Shown in pieces: positions 19,607 through 29,433 of a stretch of 64,000 bases of DNA. The notes beneath the pieces are model-generated. The model ran no database searches and was not told where the DNA came from. It worked only from the letters and a program-made list of their open reading frames with translations. The translations under genes and the position numbers were made by a program. How positions within the stretch are numbered: position 1 is the stretch's first letter; each line of letters begins with the position of its first letter. Source of the DNA: a virus; IMG/VR virus record IMGVR_UViG_3300005511_000001; one strand, written 5' to 3'.

Positions 19607-20962
19607 TTAGCCCAGCAGCAGAGCGATGTGCTCGTTCTTTGCTGCCTTCACGCCCCATGCCAAGCCGATCTCGTACTTGATCTGGCGGTACATTTTGTAC
19701 ATCGCAACTTGGTACACGAGGCCGGACAGCGGGTCGACCAGCTCGATCACGTCGTCGGCCATGTCCATCGGCTTGCCATCCGGGCCGACCGGCATGGCCG
19801 GCGCACGGGTGATCAGCTGGATTGCGTTGCGGTTGAACGCCACGTTGCCGGTGTAGCTGTTGCCGACGGTCATGGCTTGAGCCGATGCTGGAAGGGCTTG
19901 TTGCAGACCAGGTGCTTGCAAGGTGATTGGGCCGGGCGCTGCGGTACCTACGGCGACGACGTATTTGTTCGGGTCGCCCGCAAAGGTTACGACGTCACCC
20001 GGCAGCACGGTGCCGGTACCGGTGATCAGGTTGATCACGGTGGCGCCAGCAGCGTAGCCTGCGGTGTTGCTGGTGTAGCCGGAGCCAGTGCCTTTGGTGA
20101 AGGTCTTGATCTGGCCCGATTCGTGTGGATAGAAACCATCCACTGGCAGCGCGATCGAACCAGTGCGCAGCAGAATGTCGGAACCAGCCTCATTGACCTT
20201 GAACAGGCCGGCCTGCTTACCACGCAGATTCGCCGCAGCGGTGGTGTTCATCACCATCTGCAGATCGGTCTGCGGCGCGCCGTTGTCGATCAGAATCTTT
20301 CGCGACTGGGCGAAGTCCGACAGGTCGGCAGCAGTACCGAACGGCGTGGTGCCGGCGGTACCATAAGCGCGGGAGGCGCCAATGGCCAGCGCGGCCAAAT
20401 CGGCCTCCACGGCGTTGGCCAGCGTGCGGAAGCCTTGGGTGAACTGGTCCAACAGCGTGGTGTTGAAGGTGCCGGCGTTGATCTGGCTACGCTGCTCCTC
20501 GCCGCCCCATTTCACCTCGTAGGCCTTCGACTTCGAGATGGTCATCGTGTTCGGCACGATGGCTTGATCGCCAGTGTTTGCTGGCGTAGTGCCAGGCGTA
20601 ATGTCAATCAGCGAACCTTGCGGAGTCACTGGGATGGTGATCACCTGCCCCAGCGCGGCCTTCTCGCCACTGGAGTTACGCGCAACGGCTGGGATGAAGC
20701 CGACAGCTTCACGCGAGACGGTGTCCAGTGCTTGGAACATCGTAGGGATCAGGCCGGTCAGGGTGTTGGCACCCAGCATCAGGCCAGTTTCAGCCATGTG
20801 GTTGCGTAGATGAGCGCCCGCGATTTCGGCAAATGCCTTGCCGAACAGTTCAGTCTTGCGTGCCGCCTCGTGGCCGAAGCCAGTGACCTCGGCGAACAGT
20901 TGTACGGCAGGTGCCAGCGCCAGGGCGACAAATGCCGCCAGCGCGAAGATAATCATCTTCAT
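19607..20962 (-). CDS. Major capsid protein, P22 gp5-like, with N-terminal hydrophobic extension
   Basis: ANTLTGLIPT..ALDTVSRE.VGFIP core; Y.QIKYEIGLAWGVKA C-terminus; GAAAGG SD before first ATG. Confidence 0.9.
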   Translation of the reverse strand: MKMIIFALAAFVALALAPAVQLFAEVTGFGHEAARKTELFGKAFAEIAGAHLRNHMAETGLMLGANTLTGLIPTMFQALDTVSREAVGFIPAVARNSSGEKAALGQVITIPVTPQGSLIDITPGTTPANTGDQAIVPNTMTISKSKAYEVKWGGEEQRSQINAGTFNTTLLDQFTQGFRTLANAVEADLAALAIGASRAYGTAGTTPFGTAADLSDFAQSRKILIDNGAPQTDLQMVMNTTAAANLRGKQAGLFKVNEAGSDILLRTGSIALPVDGFYPHESGQIKTFTKGTGSGYTSNTAGYAAGATVINLITGTGTVLPGDVVTFAGDPNKYVVAVGTAAPGPITLQAPGLQQALPASAQAMTVGNSYTGNVAFNRNAIQLITRAPAMPVGPDGKPMDMADDVIELVDPLSGLVYQVAMYKMYRQIKYEIGLAWGVKAAKNEHIALLLG

Positions 20963-21106
20963 GGGTTTTACCTTTCAAGGTGTGTGATTTGGGAATTCAG
21001 AACAGACAGGCCATCCAGCCCAAAGCACCGACTTGCCCATCCAGGCGCCGGCAGAGGTATTGCGGGTGAAGCGTGGGCGCGCGGTGGCGCGGCCCGGTAT
21101 TGCGAA

Positions 21107-21907
21107 TTAGTCGGTTACTACGGCCCCTTCCTTCATGGCCGACTGCTTATCCTGCGGGCTCATGGTGTCAAACGCGGCGCGGGTAATGGTCTTCTTGCCA
21201 TCGGCCGTCTTGCCGCCAGGTTGTGCGCCGCCGCCCGAAGCGCCTGAGCCTTTGAGGATCATGTCTTTGTTGCAGTACTGGCCGACCATCACTTCGATCG
21301 CTTCTTCGAAGTTCGCGTGTTCGCCGTGACGGGTCGCCGAGAACAGCGGATTGCCGTTCGCGTCCAGCGCGACCAGCTTGCCGCCATCGACCTTGAAGCG
21401 GTCGCCGAAGACTTTCTGGGCGATATCGGCCGGGATGGCTAGCTTATCGGCGATGAATTTGGAGCCGGCGAAGCTGCCGCCGACGATGTGGTTATTCAGG
21501 TCCTGCGTCAGCTTTGCGTTCTGCTCGGTCAGCGTGCGCTCTTTCTCCACGGCGGCGCGGGTGGCGGCCTCGACCGATTCCTTGGCCGATTTGGCGGCAG
21601 CATCTTTGATTTCCTGCACCTGGGCTGCCGTCTTGAGCTCGCCCGCGTTCAGGTTTTTCACGGTCGCCAGCGCTGCGGCAGCGGCGGACGGATCTTCAAT
21701 GCCGGCGTCGCGGAATGGCTTCAGGGCCAGTTCGGCGGCTTCCTTTGCCTCGCGGTGTGCCTTGGCTTCGCCGTTCAGGCGGCCGATATTGGCGACAGTG
21801 GTGTCGGCGTCGAACGGGGCTTCAGCGCCGTCCTTATTGATGTAGATCGGCAGTTTCTTTTCGGCGTCCATCGCAATGGTGCCGTCGGAGTTCAGTTTGA
21901 ATGGCAT
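21107..21907 (-). CDS. Capsid scaffolding protein (DUF6651-like)
   Basis: PIYI..DG.E.PFD, coiled coil, IPAD.AQ..FG..FKV..G, C-terminal ITRAAFD.MSP. Confidence 0.75.
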   Translation of the reverse strand: MPFKLNSDGTIAMDAEKKLPIYINKDGAEAPFDADTTVANIGRLNGEAKAHREAKEAAELALKPFRDAGIEDPSAAAAALATVKNLNAGELKTAAQVQEIKDAAAKSAKESVEAATRAAVEKERTLTEQNAKLTQDLNNHIVGGSFAGSKFIADKLAIPADIAQKVFGDRFKVDGGKLVALDANGNPLFSATRHGEHANFEEAIEVMVGQYCNKDMILKGSGASGGGAQPGGKTADGKKTITRAAFDTMSPQDKQSAMKEGAVVTD

Positions 21908-21984
21908 GGTGCTGGTCTTTCCGGGCATCCGCCCTATCGATGGCCGTCCGGCCGTTGCGCCGCGCTGCATCCGCTTGCGGCAAT

Positions 21985-22013
21985 AAAAAAAGCCGCCAGG
22001 TTGCCCAGGCGGC
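21985..22013 (-). terminator. Intrinsic terminator after the MuF/small-ORF cluster
   Basis: Minus strand GCCGCC-N10-GGCGGC-T7. Confidence 0.7.
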
Positions 22014-22044
22014 CTTTGGAATAATCTTCGGAATAAATTGTGGT

Positions 22045-22257
22045 CTACTTCGTCGTTCCGTCGCTCAACACAAAGTGAGCCGGCTGCTGGCCGTGCGCGA
22101 CGAGGTCAACCTTGCGGATCGCTGCACCGCCGGGAAGCTTGACACCTGCGGCACCCATCCCCAAAGCCTGCAGCTGCGCGAGCGCCACCGCCAGCCCGTC
22201 AACTGTGAGGTCGGGCGGCAGCGGCTCGGTGAGCAGCGATTTGGCGTCGAAGGTCAT
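22045..22257 (-). CDS. Small hypothetical protein (candidate immunity)
   Basis: 70 aa, ATGA-coupled. Confidence 0.55.
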   Translation of the reverse strand: MTFDAKSLLTEPLPPDLTVDGLAVALAQLQALGMGAAGVKLPGGAAIRKVDLVAHGQQPAHFVLSDGTTK

Positions 22258-22487
22258 TTCGAAAGCCTCGGGTCGTCTGGCAGCAGCACATCGCGGCAGT
22301 CGCCGTCGTAGAAGCAGACCAAGTCATCGCCCTTCAGGTCTTCTTTGCGCTTCCACATCAGGTGTTTGCCAACCTGCACCACAAAGCAACCCTCATACCC
22401 CGCCGGCGGAAACATGCGCGCGTTCAACTCTTCCGGCGAAGGAAGAAGCGCGCCGTCCAGTGGTTGGTCGTCGAAGAAGGTAGTCAA
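22254..22487 (-). CDS. Small acidic protein (candidate immunity)
   Basis: TTG start overlapping the MuF stop (TTGA), GAGG SD; 77 aa, Asp-rich. Confidence 0.6.
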   Translation of the reverse strand: MTTFFDDQPLDGALLPSPEELNARMFPPAGYEGCFVVQVGKHLMWKRKEDLKGDDLVCFYDGDCRDVLLPDDPRLSK

Positions 22488-24187
22488 GATGCCTCGCGTG
22501 TGTATTTCAGCCCCAGCTTCGGAGCGGCGCGCAACCACTGGAGGTGATAAATCTCGGTGGTGGCGTATTTGGCGGACAGTTCTCCAGCCTTCACCATTGT
22601 ATCAACATCTCGGCGCGCCGCAGCTTCCTCGCGCTCGAATGCACGCTTGATTGTCGCCTCTGCTGGCCATGCATCGACCGGCTCGAGGATGTGTCGGTAA
22701 CCGGGCGACACAGCGCGCAGCTCTGACAATCCTGCGAACGACCCGTTGCGCACGTCGGCGACCGAAAAGGTGCTGCCGGCCGGATGGTTGTGTGTGAACA
22801 GCGCCCCGTCCATCGACTTGAGCTCGCCGACCGTGTAAGCCACCCGATCAGGCTGGCCGGAGCGCACCAGCAGCATCTTGCCGTCCTTACCGAAGAAAGC
22901 GCCGGTTTCGTGATCGTTGCGGCGGATCGTCTCTTCGAACTTCACCGCCGCGGCGCGCGCTGGCGTAGAAACGTCGGCCGCCACGCGCTTGTGGCCCGGA
23001 TCGTAGATCGTGAACTCGCCCTTCGGCTGCTTGAATACGCGGCTCGGATCGTACTGTGCGCGCAGGTCGTCCAGTTTCAGCGGGCGGCCCGACATATCGA
23101 CCAGCTCTCGTGGCGTCAGCTTGCCGGCGCGGAACAGTTCTGCCCTGCCCTTGCCAAGCGTTGCGTCCTGATAGGCCGGGCCCATGGCCTTGAGGAAATC
23201 GGAGAAGCTCGTCTTCGCGCTGATCGGACCAGCTGCCGAGGCACGCTGCCCCGGCTCAGGATCGTCCATGTCGATGCCCATCTCGCGCAGCGACTTCATC
23301 AGTGCGATCTCGGCGCTGCGGCAATTCCAGTGGCGCGGGACGCCGCCGAGCCACGGCAGGTCGTTACCGTTGATCGGCTCGTATTCCCAGTTCCAGCACG
23401 CGCCGCTGTAAGCGATGCACGTCAGGCTGGTGTGGCTATCCAGCGTGCTGACCTGCATAAACCCGTTGGTCACATCCTTGTTCAGCTCGAGAGTGGCGTG
23501 GCGCGCTGCAGCGGAGACCGCCGCCATGCTGGTTTGCACTACGGCTGCGGCGTTCTTCTTCGCCAGCGGCATGACCCCCGGTACGCCTGGCAGAATCTCC
23601 GGCGTGGCAGGCGTCTTGGCGGTCGGCGCCGCCGGCGCAACCCTGGCCTCTTCGCCAACGATGCGCTTGATGATCTGCGCATTCGTCTCGCCTTGGGCGG
23701 CGCCGATGCGGATCTGGCTGGCCACCTTGAACTGCGTGTCCTGCTGCAGGCGCAACCACCAGTTCTTGGCCGGCGAGCCTTGGATCAGCGTATCGCTGGC
23801 CAGCTTCTTGAGGTAGGCGTCGGTAGGCATACCCATGCCGAGCCGCACGTCAGCGCTGATAGCCCCCGGCGCCGCGCGCTCGATCACGCTGGTCAGCGCC
23901 TTGCGCACCGCCAGCGCCTCAACCTCGGCCACGCCGACCAGGTCGACCTGCAACTGCGCCTCGGCATAGTACTTCGCGATCAGCGCGTTCGAATCGCGCA
24001 GCACCGCGGCCTTAGCTGCCTTGTTCATTTCGGTGAGCTCGCCGGCGTTCGCCAGCATGCCCACCAGATCCTTCTGCATCAGCACCAGCAAAGCCAGCAC
24101 CTTGGCCTTGATCTCCGCCTCAGCGCGCAGCATGTTGATGCCCGCGCCGAGCAGCGCCTCAAGCAGCCATTCTTCGAGCGCACCCAT
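22484..24187 (-). CDS. MuF/SPP1 gp7-like head morphogenesis protein with C-terminal JAB-like domain
   Basis: STLDSHTS..C, P.HWNCRS, QDATLGKGRA.LF MuF motifs; extension contains FTHNHPAGSTFSVAD. Confidence 0.85.
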   Translation of the reverse strand: MGALEEWLLEALLGAGINMLRAEAEIKAKVLALLVLMQKDLVGMLANAGELTEMNKAAKAAVLRDSNALIAKYYAEAQLQVDLVGVAEVEALAVRKALTSVIERAAPGAISADVRLGMGMPTDAYLKKLASDTLIQGSPAKNWWLRLQQDTQFKVASQIRIGAAQGETNAQIIKRIVGEEARVAPAAPTAKTPATPEILPGVPGVMPLAKKNAAAVVQTSMAAVSAAARHATLELNKDVTNGFMQVSTLDSHTSLTCIAYSGACWNWEYEPINGNDLPWLGGVPRHWNCRSAEIALMKSLREMGIDMDDPEPGQRASAAGPISAKTSFSDFLKAMGPAYQDATLGKGRAELFRAGKLTPRELVDMSGRPLKLDDLRAQYDPSRVFKQPKGEFTIYDPGHKRVAADVSTPARAAAVKFEETIRRNDHETGAFFGKDGKMLLVRSGQPDRVAYTVGELKSMDGALFTHNHPAGSTFSVADVRNGSFAGLSELRAVSPGYRHILEPVDAWPAEATIKRAFEREEAAARRDVDTMVKAGELSAKYATTEIYHLQWLRAAPKLGLKYTREAS

Positions 24188-25638
24188 TATTCAGCGGCTG
24201 GCGCAGGGGCCGGAGAAGGTGCTGGCGTCTTCGAACCTGGCATTGGCACCTCAAACACTGGCCCCTCCAGCGCGAGCTTGTCCTGCACGTCTTTCCAGAC
24301 TTTGTCCGGGTTGATGATGCCGTAGCGCTGCATCTCTTCGAATGCCGACTCTTTGTCGAGCAAGCTACTGTTGACCAGCTGGATCAGCGCCAGCACGAAC
24401 GGGCCGGCCGTGGCCAGCAGCGCGTCGGAAGCGAAGTCGTCGAAGATATCGACGGAGCCTTTGTACTCCATCTTCTTCATGATGTGCATCATGTCGAGGG
24501 CATTGTCCAGCGCATCCTCAAGCCCTTGCGTCATGCGCGAGAGTTGGCATTGCTGCTCGGTGTTCTCGATGTTGTTCTGGGTCGCGGTCGTGCTCACCTG
24601 CGTCTCGACCAGTAGTTCCGCGCCCATTGCGCGCATCTGATTTTCGAGGTCCTGCAGAGATTCGCGGCCAGCAGTGATTGCGGCGCCGGTGTGCTCAACG
24701 TACTTCGCCTCGGCACCGATCGGCAGACGGAGATACGACTTCGCGCCGATTTCGACCTTGTCGTCGTCCTGCAAACCGGTGATCGCCAGGAGGGGGACGC
24801 GCGCCGTGTGCAGGATCGAATCCTGATCGCTCGTTGACTGCCAGTGCTTGATGTTCAGGTCCGCAAGGTCGTTCAGAGGCGGCGTCGCCGTCATAAAGCC
24901 CGTGCGCTTCGTGTAAAAGGTGACCATCGGCACGAAATCCAGCGTAGTGACGCCCTCCTTGTGCAACACCCAAGTATCCTTCTGTGTGTCGCGGCCTTTT
25001 CGATAAGTAGCCCAGCGGCCCGGTTCGAGCACGCGGATCTGCTCAATGCTCTTCGAGCCGAATTCACCCTCTGCCGCTGGCTCGGCGACGCACTCCATGA
25101 AGCGGACTTGCCCGATCACCTGCGCACCCCCCTTGCCTTTGATCGGCACGGCGTCGATGATCTGGTTCGGCTTGATGTGAACGAAGTACGGGCGCACGCC
25201 GGCGGCATCCTCAGCCGCCTTGGTCGGGTAGAGCTGGTTGCCCTGCTCGTCCAACGTCACCGGATAGTCAACCAAGATGTGCGTCATGCCCTTGGCCAGC
25301 CCTTCGGTGAACACGCTGTGGGCGAACACGGTCATGTTGTTGCCGCACTGGTCGATATCTTCGAGCCACTCAGCCGCAACAGGATCAATTTCAGTGAACG
25401 TGATCGCCTCGGCGAACGGCTTTGCCGCCATGTTCTCGAGCGTGCGGCCCAGGCCATTGAACAGCGTCGAGGTCTTGACGCGGTAGTCGTAACTTTCCTG
25501 GTCCTCAGCCGGGAACTTCGGCAAGTACAGCTCACGCGCGGTGCGCATCGCCTTGGTGCCGCCCAGCAGCGCATCGATCTTAGCCCAATCGGGCTGCATC
25601 GCGGCGATTGCTGCAGAGACTTCATTGACCTTGGCCAT
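24187..25638 (-). CDS. Portal protein (DUF4055-like)
   Basis: LGGTKAMR...YLPK...E....Y..R, PPL.DLA.LN..HWQ..SD motifs; follows terminase. Confidence 0.9.
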   Translation of the reverse strand: MAKVNEVSAAIAAMQPDWAKIDALLGGTKAMRTARELYLPKFPAEDQESYDYRVKTSTLFNGLGRTLENMAAKPFAEAITFTEIDPVAAEWLEDIDQCGNNMTVFAHSVFTEGLAKGMTHILVDYPVTLDEQGNQLYPTKAAEDAAGVRPYFVHIKPNQIIDAVPIKGKGGAQVIGQVRFMECVAEPAAEGEFGSKSIEQIRVLEPGRWATYRKGRDTQKDTWVLHKEGVTTLDFVPMVTFYTKRTGFMTATPPLNDLADLNIKHWQSTSDQDSILHTARVPLLAITGLQDDDKVEIGAKSYLRLPIGAEAKYVEHTGAAITAGRESLQDLENQMRAMGAELLVETQVSTTATQNNIENTEQQCQLSRMTQGLEDALDNALDMMHIMKKMEYKGSVDIFDDFASDALLATAGPFVLALIQLVNSSLLDKESAFEEMQRYGIINPDKVWKDVQDKLALEGPVFEVPMPGSKTPAPSPAPAPAAE

Positions 25639-25650
25639 AGCTTCCTTGCT

Positions 25651-26934
25651 TCAAATTCTGAGCGTGCCGGACTGCACAGTGCGCTTGACGATCGGGTACC
25701 GCTTCACGATGAAGTAGCCGTTTGCGTCGTTCGGGTGATCGTGCCCGGACTTCTTGTCCGGCTCGCCGCTCTTGTCGTAGACCTGCTGCTCCAGCGCCTC
25801 GGTAGTGGTCGGGCAAAGGTCGGTGTTGATCTTCCAGCGGCGCTCGCCGTCGGCGCTCAGGATCACGCCGTTGTAGGCGTTGATCCGATCGCGCACCGCT
25901 GGGTTGGTGTGGTTGACCTCAATCTGAAAGCCAGCGGCGCGCAAGATAGTCAAGTCCGACTCTGCGGCATTCTTGCTGCTTGTGCTCGCACCCGAGGCGT
26001 CGGGGTATATCTTGATCTGGTGCCCCTTGCTGCCGAAATCCTCCTTCAGGATCCGCGCCATGGTCGGCGTGTCGCGCACCTTCACGCGCTCGGCCAGCGT
26101 CAGCGGCAGGCCCTCGCGCACAACGTTGATGCACGCGGTCATGTTGTTCACGTTGAAGTCGAGGCCTACCTGCAACGGCTCGTTCGGCAGGATAATCTGG
26201 GTCGTGCGGTTCTTCTCGCGGTCGAAGTCTGGGTACACGCTGCCGCTGGTCAGGTTGGTGAACTGGCCGCGCAGGTACGCACTGATTAGCGCCGGCGGAT
26301 AGCTGGCCAAGAGCGACGGGATGTAGTCCGCCGGCAGGTTCAGCTCGTTGTCGAACGTGCTTGCCTGGATGAGGCCGTACAGCGACGCCAGTGCAGGTTT
26401 GTCCCGCACCGCCTTCACGAACTGCTGGTAGACGAACTTAAAGCCCTCGGGCGTGGTCGTCACGTCGATGCCGTTCAGTAGGCCAGGTACGTTGTAGCGC
26501 ATACGCGCGATGATCTTGCGCCAGGCCGTCTCGGCCTTCTTCATCGGCATCACGTCCAGCTCGTCGATCAGCGCGTGTCCGATCTTGAAGCCGACGATGG
26601 TCTCCGGTTTCTCCATCGACCGGCAGATGACCGTGCCGCGGTAAAGCCGCCCTTCGTAGACTTCGACCTCGTGGTCGCCCTGCTTCACCTTGATGCGCAG
26701 GCCCATCGCATACGCAACCTCTTCCATCGTCGGATAGAAGATATCGCGAATCTGCGGATAGGTTGGCGCGAAGTAGCCCTGGCTGATACCTGGCCACTGC
26801 CAAAAGTGCATGCAGATGCCCACACAGCCGACGAACGTCTTACCGGACCCGAAGCCGGCCACATAGGCCTTGTACTTGTGCGGCAGGTTGAGAAAGTTCG
26901 CCTGCGGGACGTTCAGCTCAAGCTGCGGGGTCAT
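25651..26934 (-). CDS. terL: Terminase large subunit
   Basis: Walker A AGFGSGKT, Walker B LIDELD, nuclease GLDFN and DHPNDA.GY. Confidence 0.95.
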   Translation of the reverse strand: MTPQLELNVPQANFLNLPHKYKAYVAGFGSGKTFVGCVGICMHFWQWPGISQGYFAPTYPQIRDIFYPTMEEVAYAMGLRIKVKQGDHEVEVYEGRLYRGTVICRSMEKPETIVGFKIGHALIDELDVMPMKKAETAWRKIIARMRYNVPGLLNGIDVTTTPEGFKFVYQQFVKAVRDKPALASLYGLIQASTFDNELNLPADYIPSLLASYPPALISAYLRGQFTNLTSGSVYPDFDREKNRTTQIILPNEPLQVGLDFNVNNMTACINVVREGLPLTLAERVKVRDTPTMARILKEDFGSKGHQIKIYPDASGASTSSKNAAESDLTILRAAGFQIEVNHTNPAVRDRINAYNGVILSADGERRWKINTDLCPTTTEALEQQVYDKSGEPDKKSGHDHPNDANGYFIVKRYPIVKRTVQSGTLRI

Positions 26935-27379
26935 CGCGCTTCGCGGCGTCCTTCACGCCGATGATGATCTGGACCGGGGTTGGCGGCTGGTCGTTCGGCT
27001 CCGCCTTGTTCTTGTTGACGAACACGTCGCCGACCTCCTTGGCGGCCTGTTCGATCACCTGCACGGCCAGCGCGATGTTGCGCATGCCCTCCGCCTGCTG
27101 CGCCATCCGGCCAAGCGCGCGCAGCCGAAATGCCCGACTCGCAATCGGAATCTCCGCCACGTCGTCGCGAAACTTCGTGCGGGTGTCGTAGAAGATCGTC
27201 TTCCACTTGTCGCTGAGGCTGCGGCCGACGTACTTCTCCGGATCATATGCAGCGATCTGCTGACGCGGCACTTCGAGGCCAAATTCCTCTTTTACTTGCA
27301 CTGCGACCTGCGTCGGCGTGTCAAAGCAAGCCAGCGCCTTGACGATGAACAGCTTCACCTCGTCTTTTAATGCGGCCAT
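26918..27379 (-). CDS. terS: Terminase small subunit (DUF2280-like)
   Basis: LACFDTP.QV..VKEEFG..V.RQQ...YDP pattern; upstream of terL. Confidence 0.85.
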   Translation of the reverse strand: MAALKDEVKLFIVKALACFDTPTQVAVQVKEEFGLEVPRQQIAAYDPEKYVGRSLSDKWKTIFYDTRTKFRDDVAEIPIASRAFRLRALGRMAQQAEGMRNIALAVQVIEQAAKEVGDVFVNKNKAEPNDQPPTPVQIIIGVKDAAKRDDPAA

Positions 27380-27410
27380 GGGTTGCCTTCCGGTAAAAGG
27401 CTGGTCAACC

Positions 27411-28055
27411 TTATGCAGCCTTCAGCAGACAGGTTCCGCACGCCCTCGCTATGTTGATCTTTGCCACCTCCGGGGTGGCGTTTGCCGCGGCAACCAGCTG
27501 GGCCAGCGTGCCTTCAGGATGGCCGATGCCGTAGCGGCGGACCACGCCGACGAACTCTTCCACGTCATGGCCGCGAAGGAACAACTTCGGCATGCCGTCC
27601 TTGGTGAAGGCCGGGCTGCCGAATGCATCCTGCTCCTGGCCAATGTGGTAAAGCTCGTGTTCCAGCAGCGCGCAGAACTCGGCGTCGGAACAAGTCAGGC
27701 AGTAGGTGGCGTCCAGCGTGATCAGGTAATCCGGCACGCGGCCGAACCAGTCCGCCATCTGCTGTTGCTGGCGTCCCTTCTGCCACGGCCCACAGCGGAA
27801 CGTCATCTCCTCGCACTGGCCGATGACCGTGCGGCCCTGCTTCTGGAAGCTGCCGGGAGCCCACAGGAACTGCACGTCGCAGTACTCCAGGTGGGCGTGG
27901 TCGGGATTGTGCAGGTGGCCGCCCTCGGTAAGGATCTCGGCCCGGGCCCACGTGAGCACTTCAGGCGCGGCGATGAAGCGGCAGTTCAGAGGGTCGGCGA
28001 ACATAGCCGGCGGCACCGGGCGCGCAGCACGTTCTGCGGCTGAGTTCTTCGCCAC
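27411..28055 (-). CDS. Putative phage metallopeptidase
   Basis: LLEHELYHI (HExxH) and HDVEEF motif. Confidence 0.8.
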   Translation of the reverse strand: MAKNSAAERAARPVPPAMFADPLNCRFIAAPEVLTWARAEILTEGGHLHNPDHAHLEYCDVQFLWAPGSFQKQGRTVIGQCEEMTFRCGPWQKGRQQQQMADWFGRVPDYLITLDATYCLTCSDAEFCALLEHELYHIGQEQDAFGSPAFTKDGMPKLFLRGHDVEEFVGVVRRYGIGHPEGTLAQLVAAANATPEVAKINIARACGTCLLKAA

Positions 28056-28057
28056 TG

Positions 28058-28303
28058 TTACAGCGCGTCGACCGCCAGCATCACCGGCGGCATGGTTACG
28101 CCGAGCACGGTCAGTGCGATGGAGCCGCCGTCGGTCAGCATTGCCAACTCGTTCTCAGACGGTTTCCAGTAGCTGACCAAGGCGGGCATCCCTTCGATTT
28201 CGATACGGGTAATCGGCAGCGCATTGCACAGCAGATGCGCCTGATCCCATCCATCTGGCGCGCCGAGAACTGCGTTGTTGGTATGGTGCTGGTGCTTGTT
28301 CAT
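28058..28303 (-). CDS. Hypothetical protein
   Basis: GGAG SD before ATG 28303; 81 aa; LGAP.GWD, SYWKPS..EL..L..GG pattern. Confidence 0.7.
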   Translation of the reverse strand: MNKHQHHTNNAVLGAPDGWDQAHLLCNALPITRIEIEGMPALVSYWKPSENELAMLTDGGSIALTVLGVTMPPVMLAVDAL

Positions 28304-28662
28304 ATGCACTCCTGGTGTTCAGCGAACTACTTCGAGGGTGGCCTTAACCAGTTATGGGGAAGGTGCTATTCCCAGCATGCCACATACCCAATTTTGTCGC
28401 CGCCCGCTCCGGGCTGGAACCTCCGGGCAACTTGCAGCGCGCCCTTCGGCCGGACCCACCCGGTATTGTTTCGTCAGCGACTGCGCCCGCTTTCTAAGCT
28501 CGCCCGCTGGAGCGCGATGGACGGCCACACGTGAAAGTTTGAAGCTCACAAATTCCCGCGAGGACGGAGCCGGTCACCGAAAACGGTTTTGCAAACAGTG
28601 CGATCCACGCGAGGATGAAATGGTGCTACATTGGCTTCACAGATCACTAACCGGAGAATCCC

Positions 28663-28875
28663 ATGAACGAAGCAGCCCTTTTTAACAAACGCGATGATCG
28701 CTACCAACAACTCGACCGTATGCTCTCTAACCGACATAGTGGCAAAGCAATGGCGTCGCCTCTACGGGCTAGTCGCGTCGTCGCTCTGATCTACGGCTAC
28801 CACAGGTGGATCGACAAAATCGTTTTTTCGAGGGTACGTGTCAACGCCCCACAGGATCATCATGATGGCGAGTAG
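28663..28875 (+). CDS. Possible small antisense moron
   Basis: GGAG SD and 70-aa ORF; no recognisable motif. Confidence 0.35.
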   Translation: MNEAALFNKRDDRYQQLDRMLSNRHSGKAMASPLRASRVVALIYGYHRWIDKIVFSRVRVNAPQDHHDGE

Positions 28876-28891
28876 ACTCATGCATCACCTC

Positions 28892-28921
28892 AAAAAAAAA
28901 ACCGCTGCGTGAAAGCAGCGG
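28892..28921 (-). terminator. Strong intrinsic terminator downstream of tRNA-Thr
   Basis: Minus strand CCGCTGC-TTTCAC-GCAGCGG-T10. Confidence 0.85.
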
Positions 28922-28953
28922 CAAACGTACAGCAGGGGTTGAACTGGGAAATA

Positions 28954-29029
28954 TGGTGCCATCACAAGGATTCGAACCCTGGACCCGCTGCTTACAAGGC
29001 AGCCGCTCTTCCACCTGAGCTATGACGGC
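28954..29029 (-). tRNA. tRNA-Thr(UGU), phage-encoded
   Basis: Full cloverleaf: GCCGTCA acceptor, GCTGC-CTTGTAA-GCAGC anticodon arm, TTCGAAT T-loop, 3' CCA. Confidence 0.95.
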
Positions 29030-29270
29030 ACGTCCAACACTATGTGAAGTGCAGGCTAGAACCTATTTCTCGACATTGTCGAGGGCCCGTACAACCAAGG
29101 TAACTCGTCGGTGAGTGAACCTTTTGATGGTTGTCACTTTCTACGTTGCTATCCCGCCGTTGGCGCGCTGTCAAACCGCGCAATGTAGCGAGTCACTAGA
29201 ATTAGGTGCCGGGTTACAGCGTCCCAGCGGCCGGTCTGGCGCGCGGCCTCGCGAACTGGCGCGAAAATAG

Positions 29271-29294
29271 AAAAAGCCACCGCAAGGGTGGCTT
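29271..29294 (-). terminator. tR'-like terminator
   Basis: AAGCCACC-N5-GGTGGCTT stem plus T run on minus strand, about 155 nt downstream of the pR'-like promoter. Confidence 0.75.
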
Positions 29295-29433
29295 CGATTG
29301 GTGCTCCAGCGCTATCTGCGAAGTGAGCTGTACACGCGAGCGAAAGCATCAACGGGTTGGTGCTAGCCTCGAATCTCGGTTATCGGTGAGGCTCGAAGCC
29401 TACATTACGAGTGCCGAGAGTGTGTATGGCTGG

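Noticed and set aside
20990-21060. Repeated CTGGATGG motifs upstream of the capsid gene
   Set aside because: Only two short copies; possibly a translational operator, but too weak to support
28310-28660. Possible degenerate tRNA or ncRNA
   Set aside because: Short hairpins and a TGGTG motif only; no cloverleaf could be built
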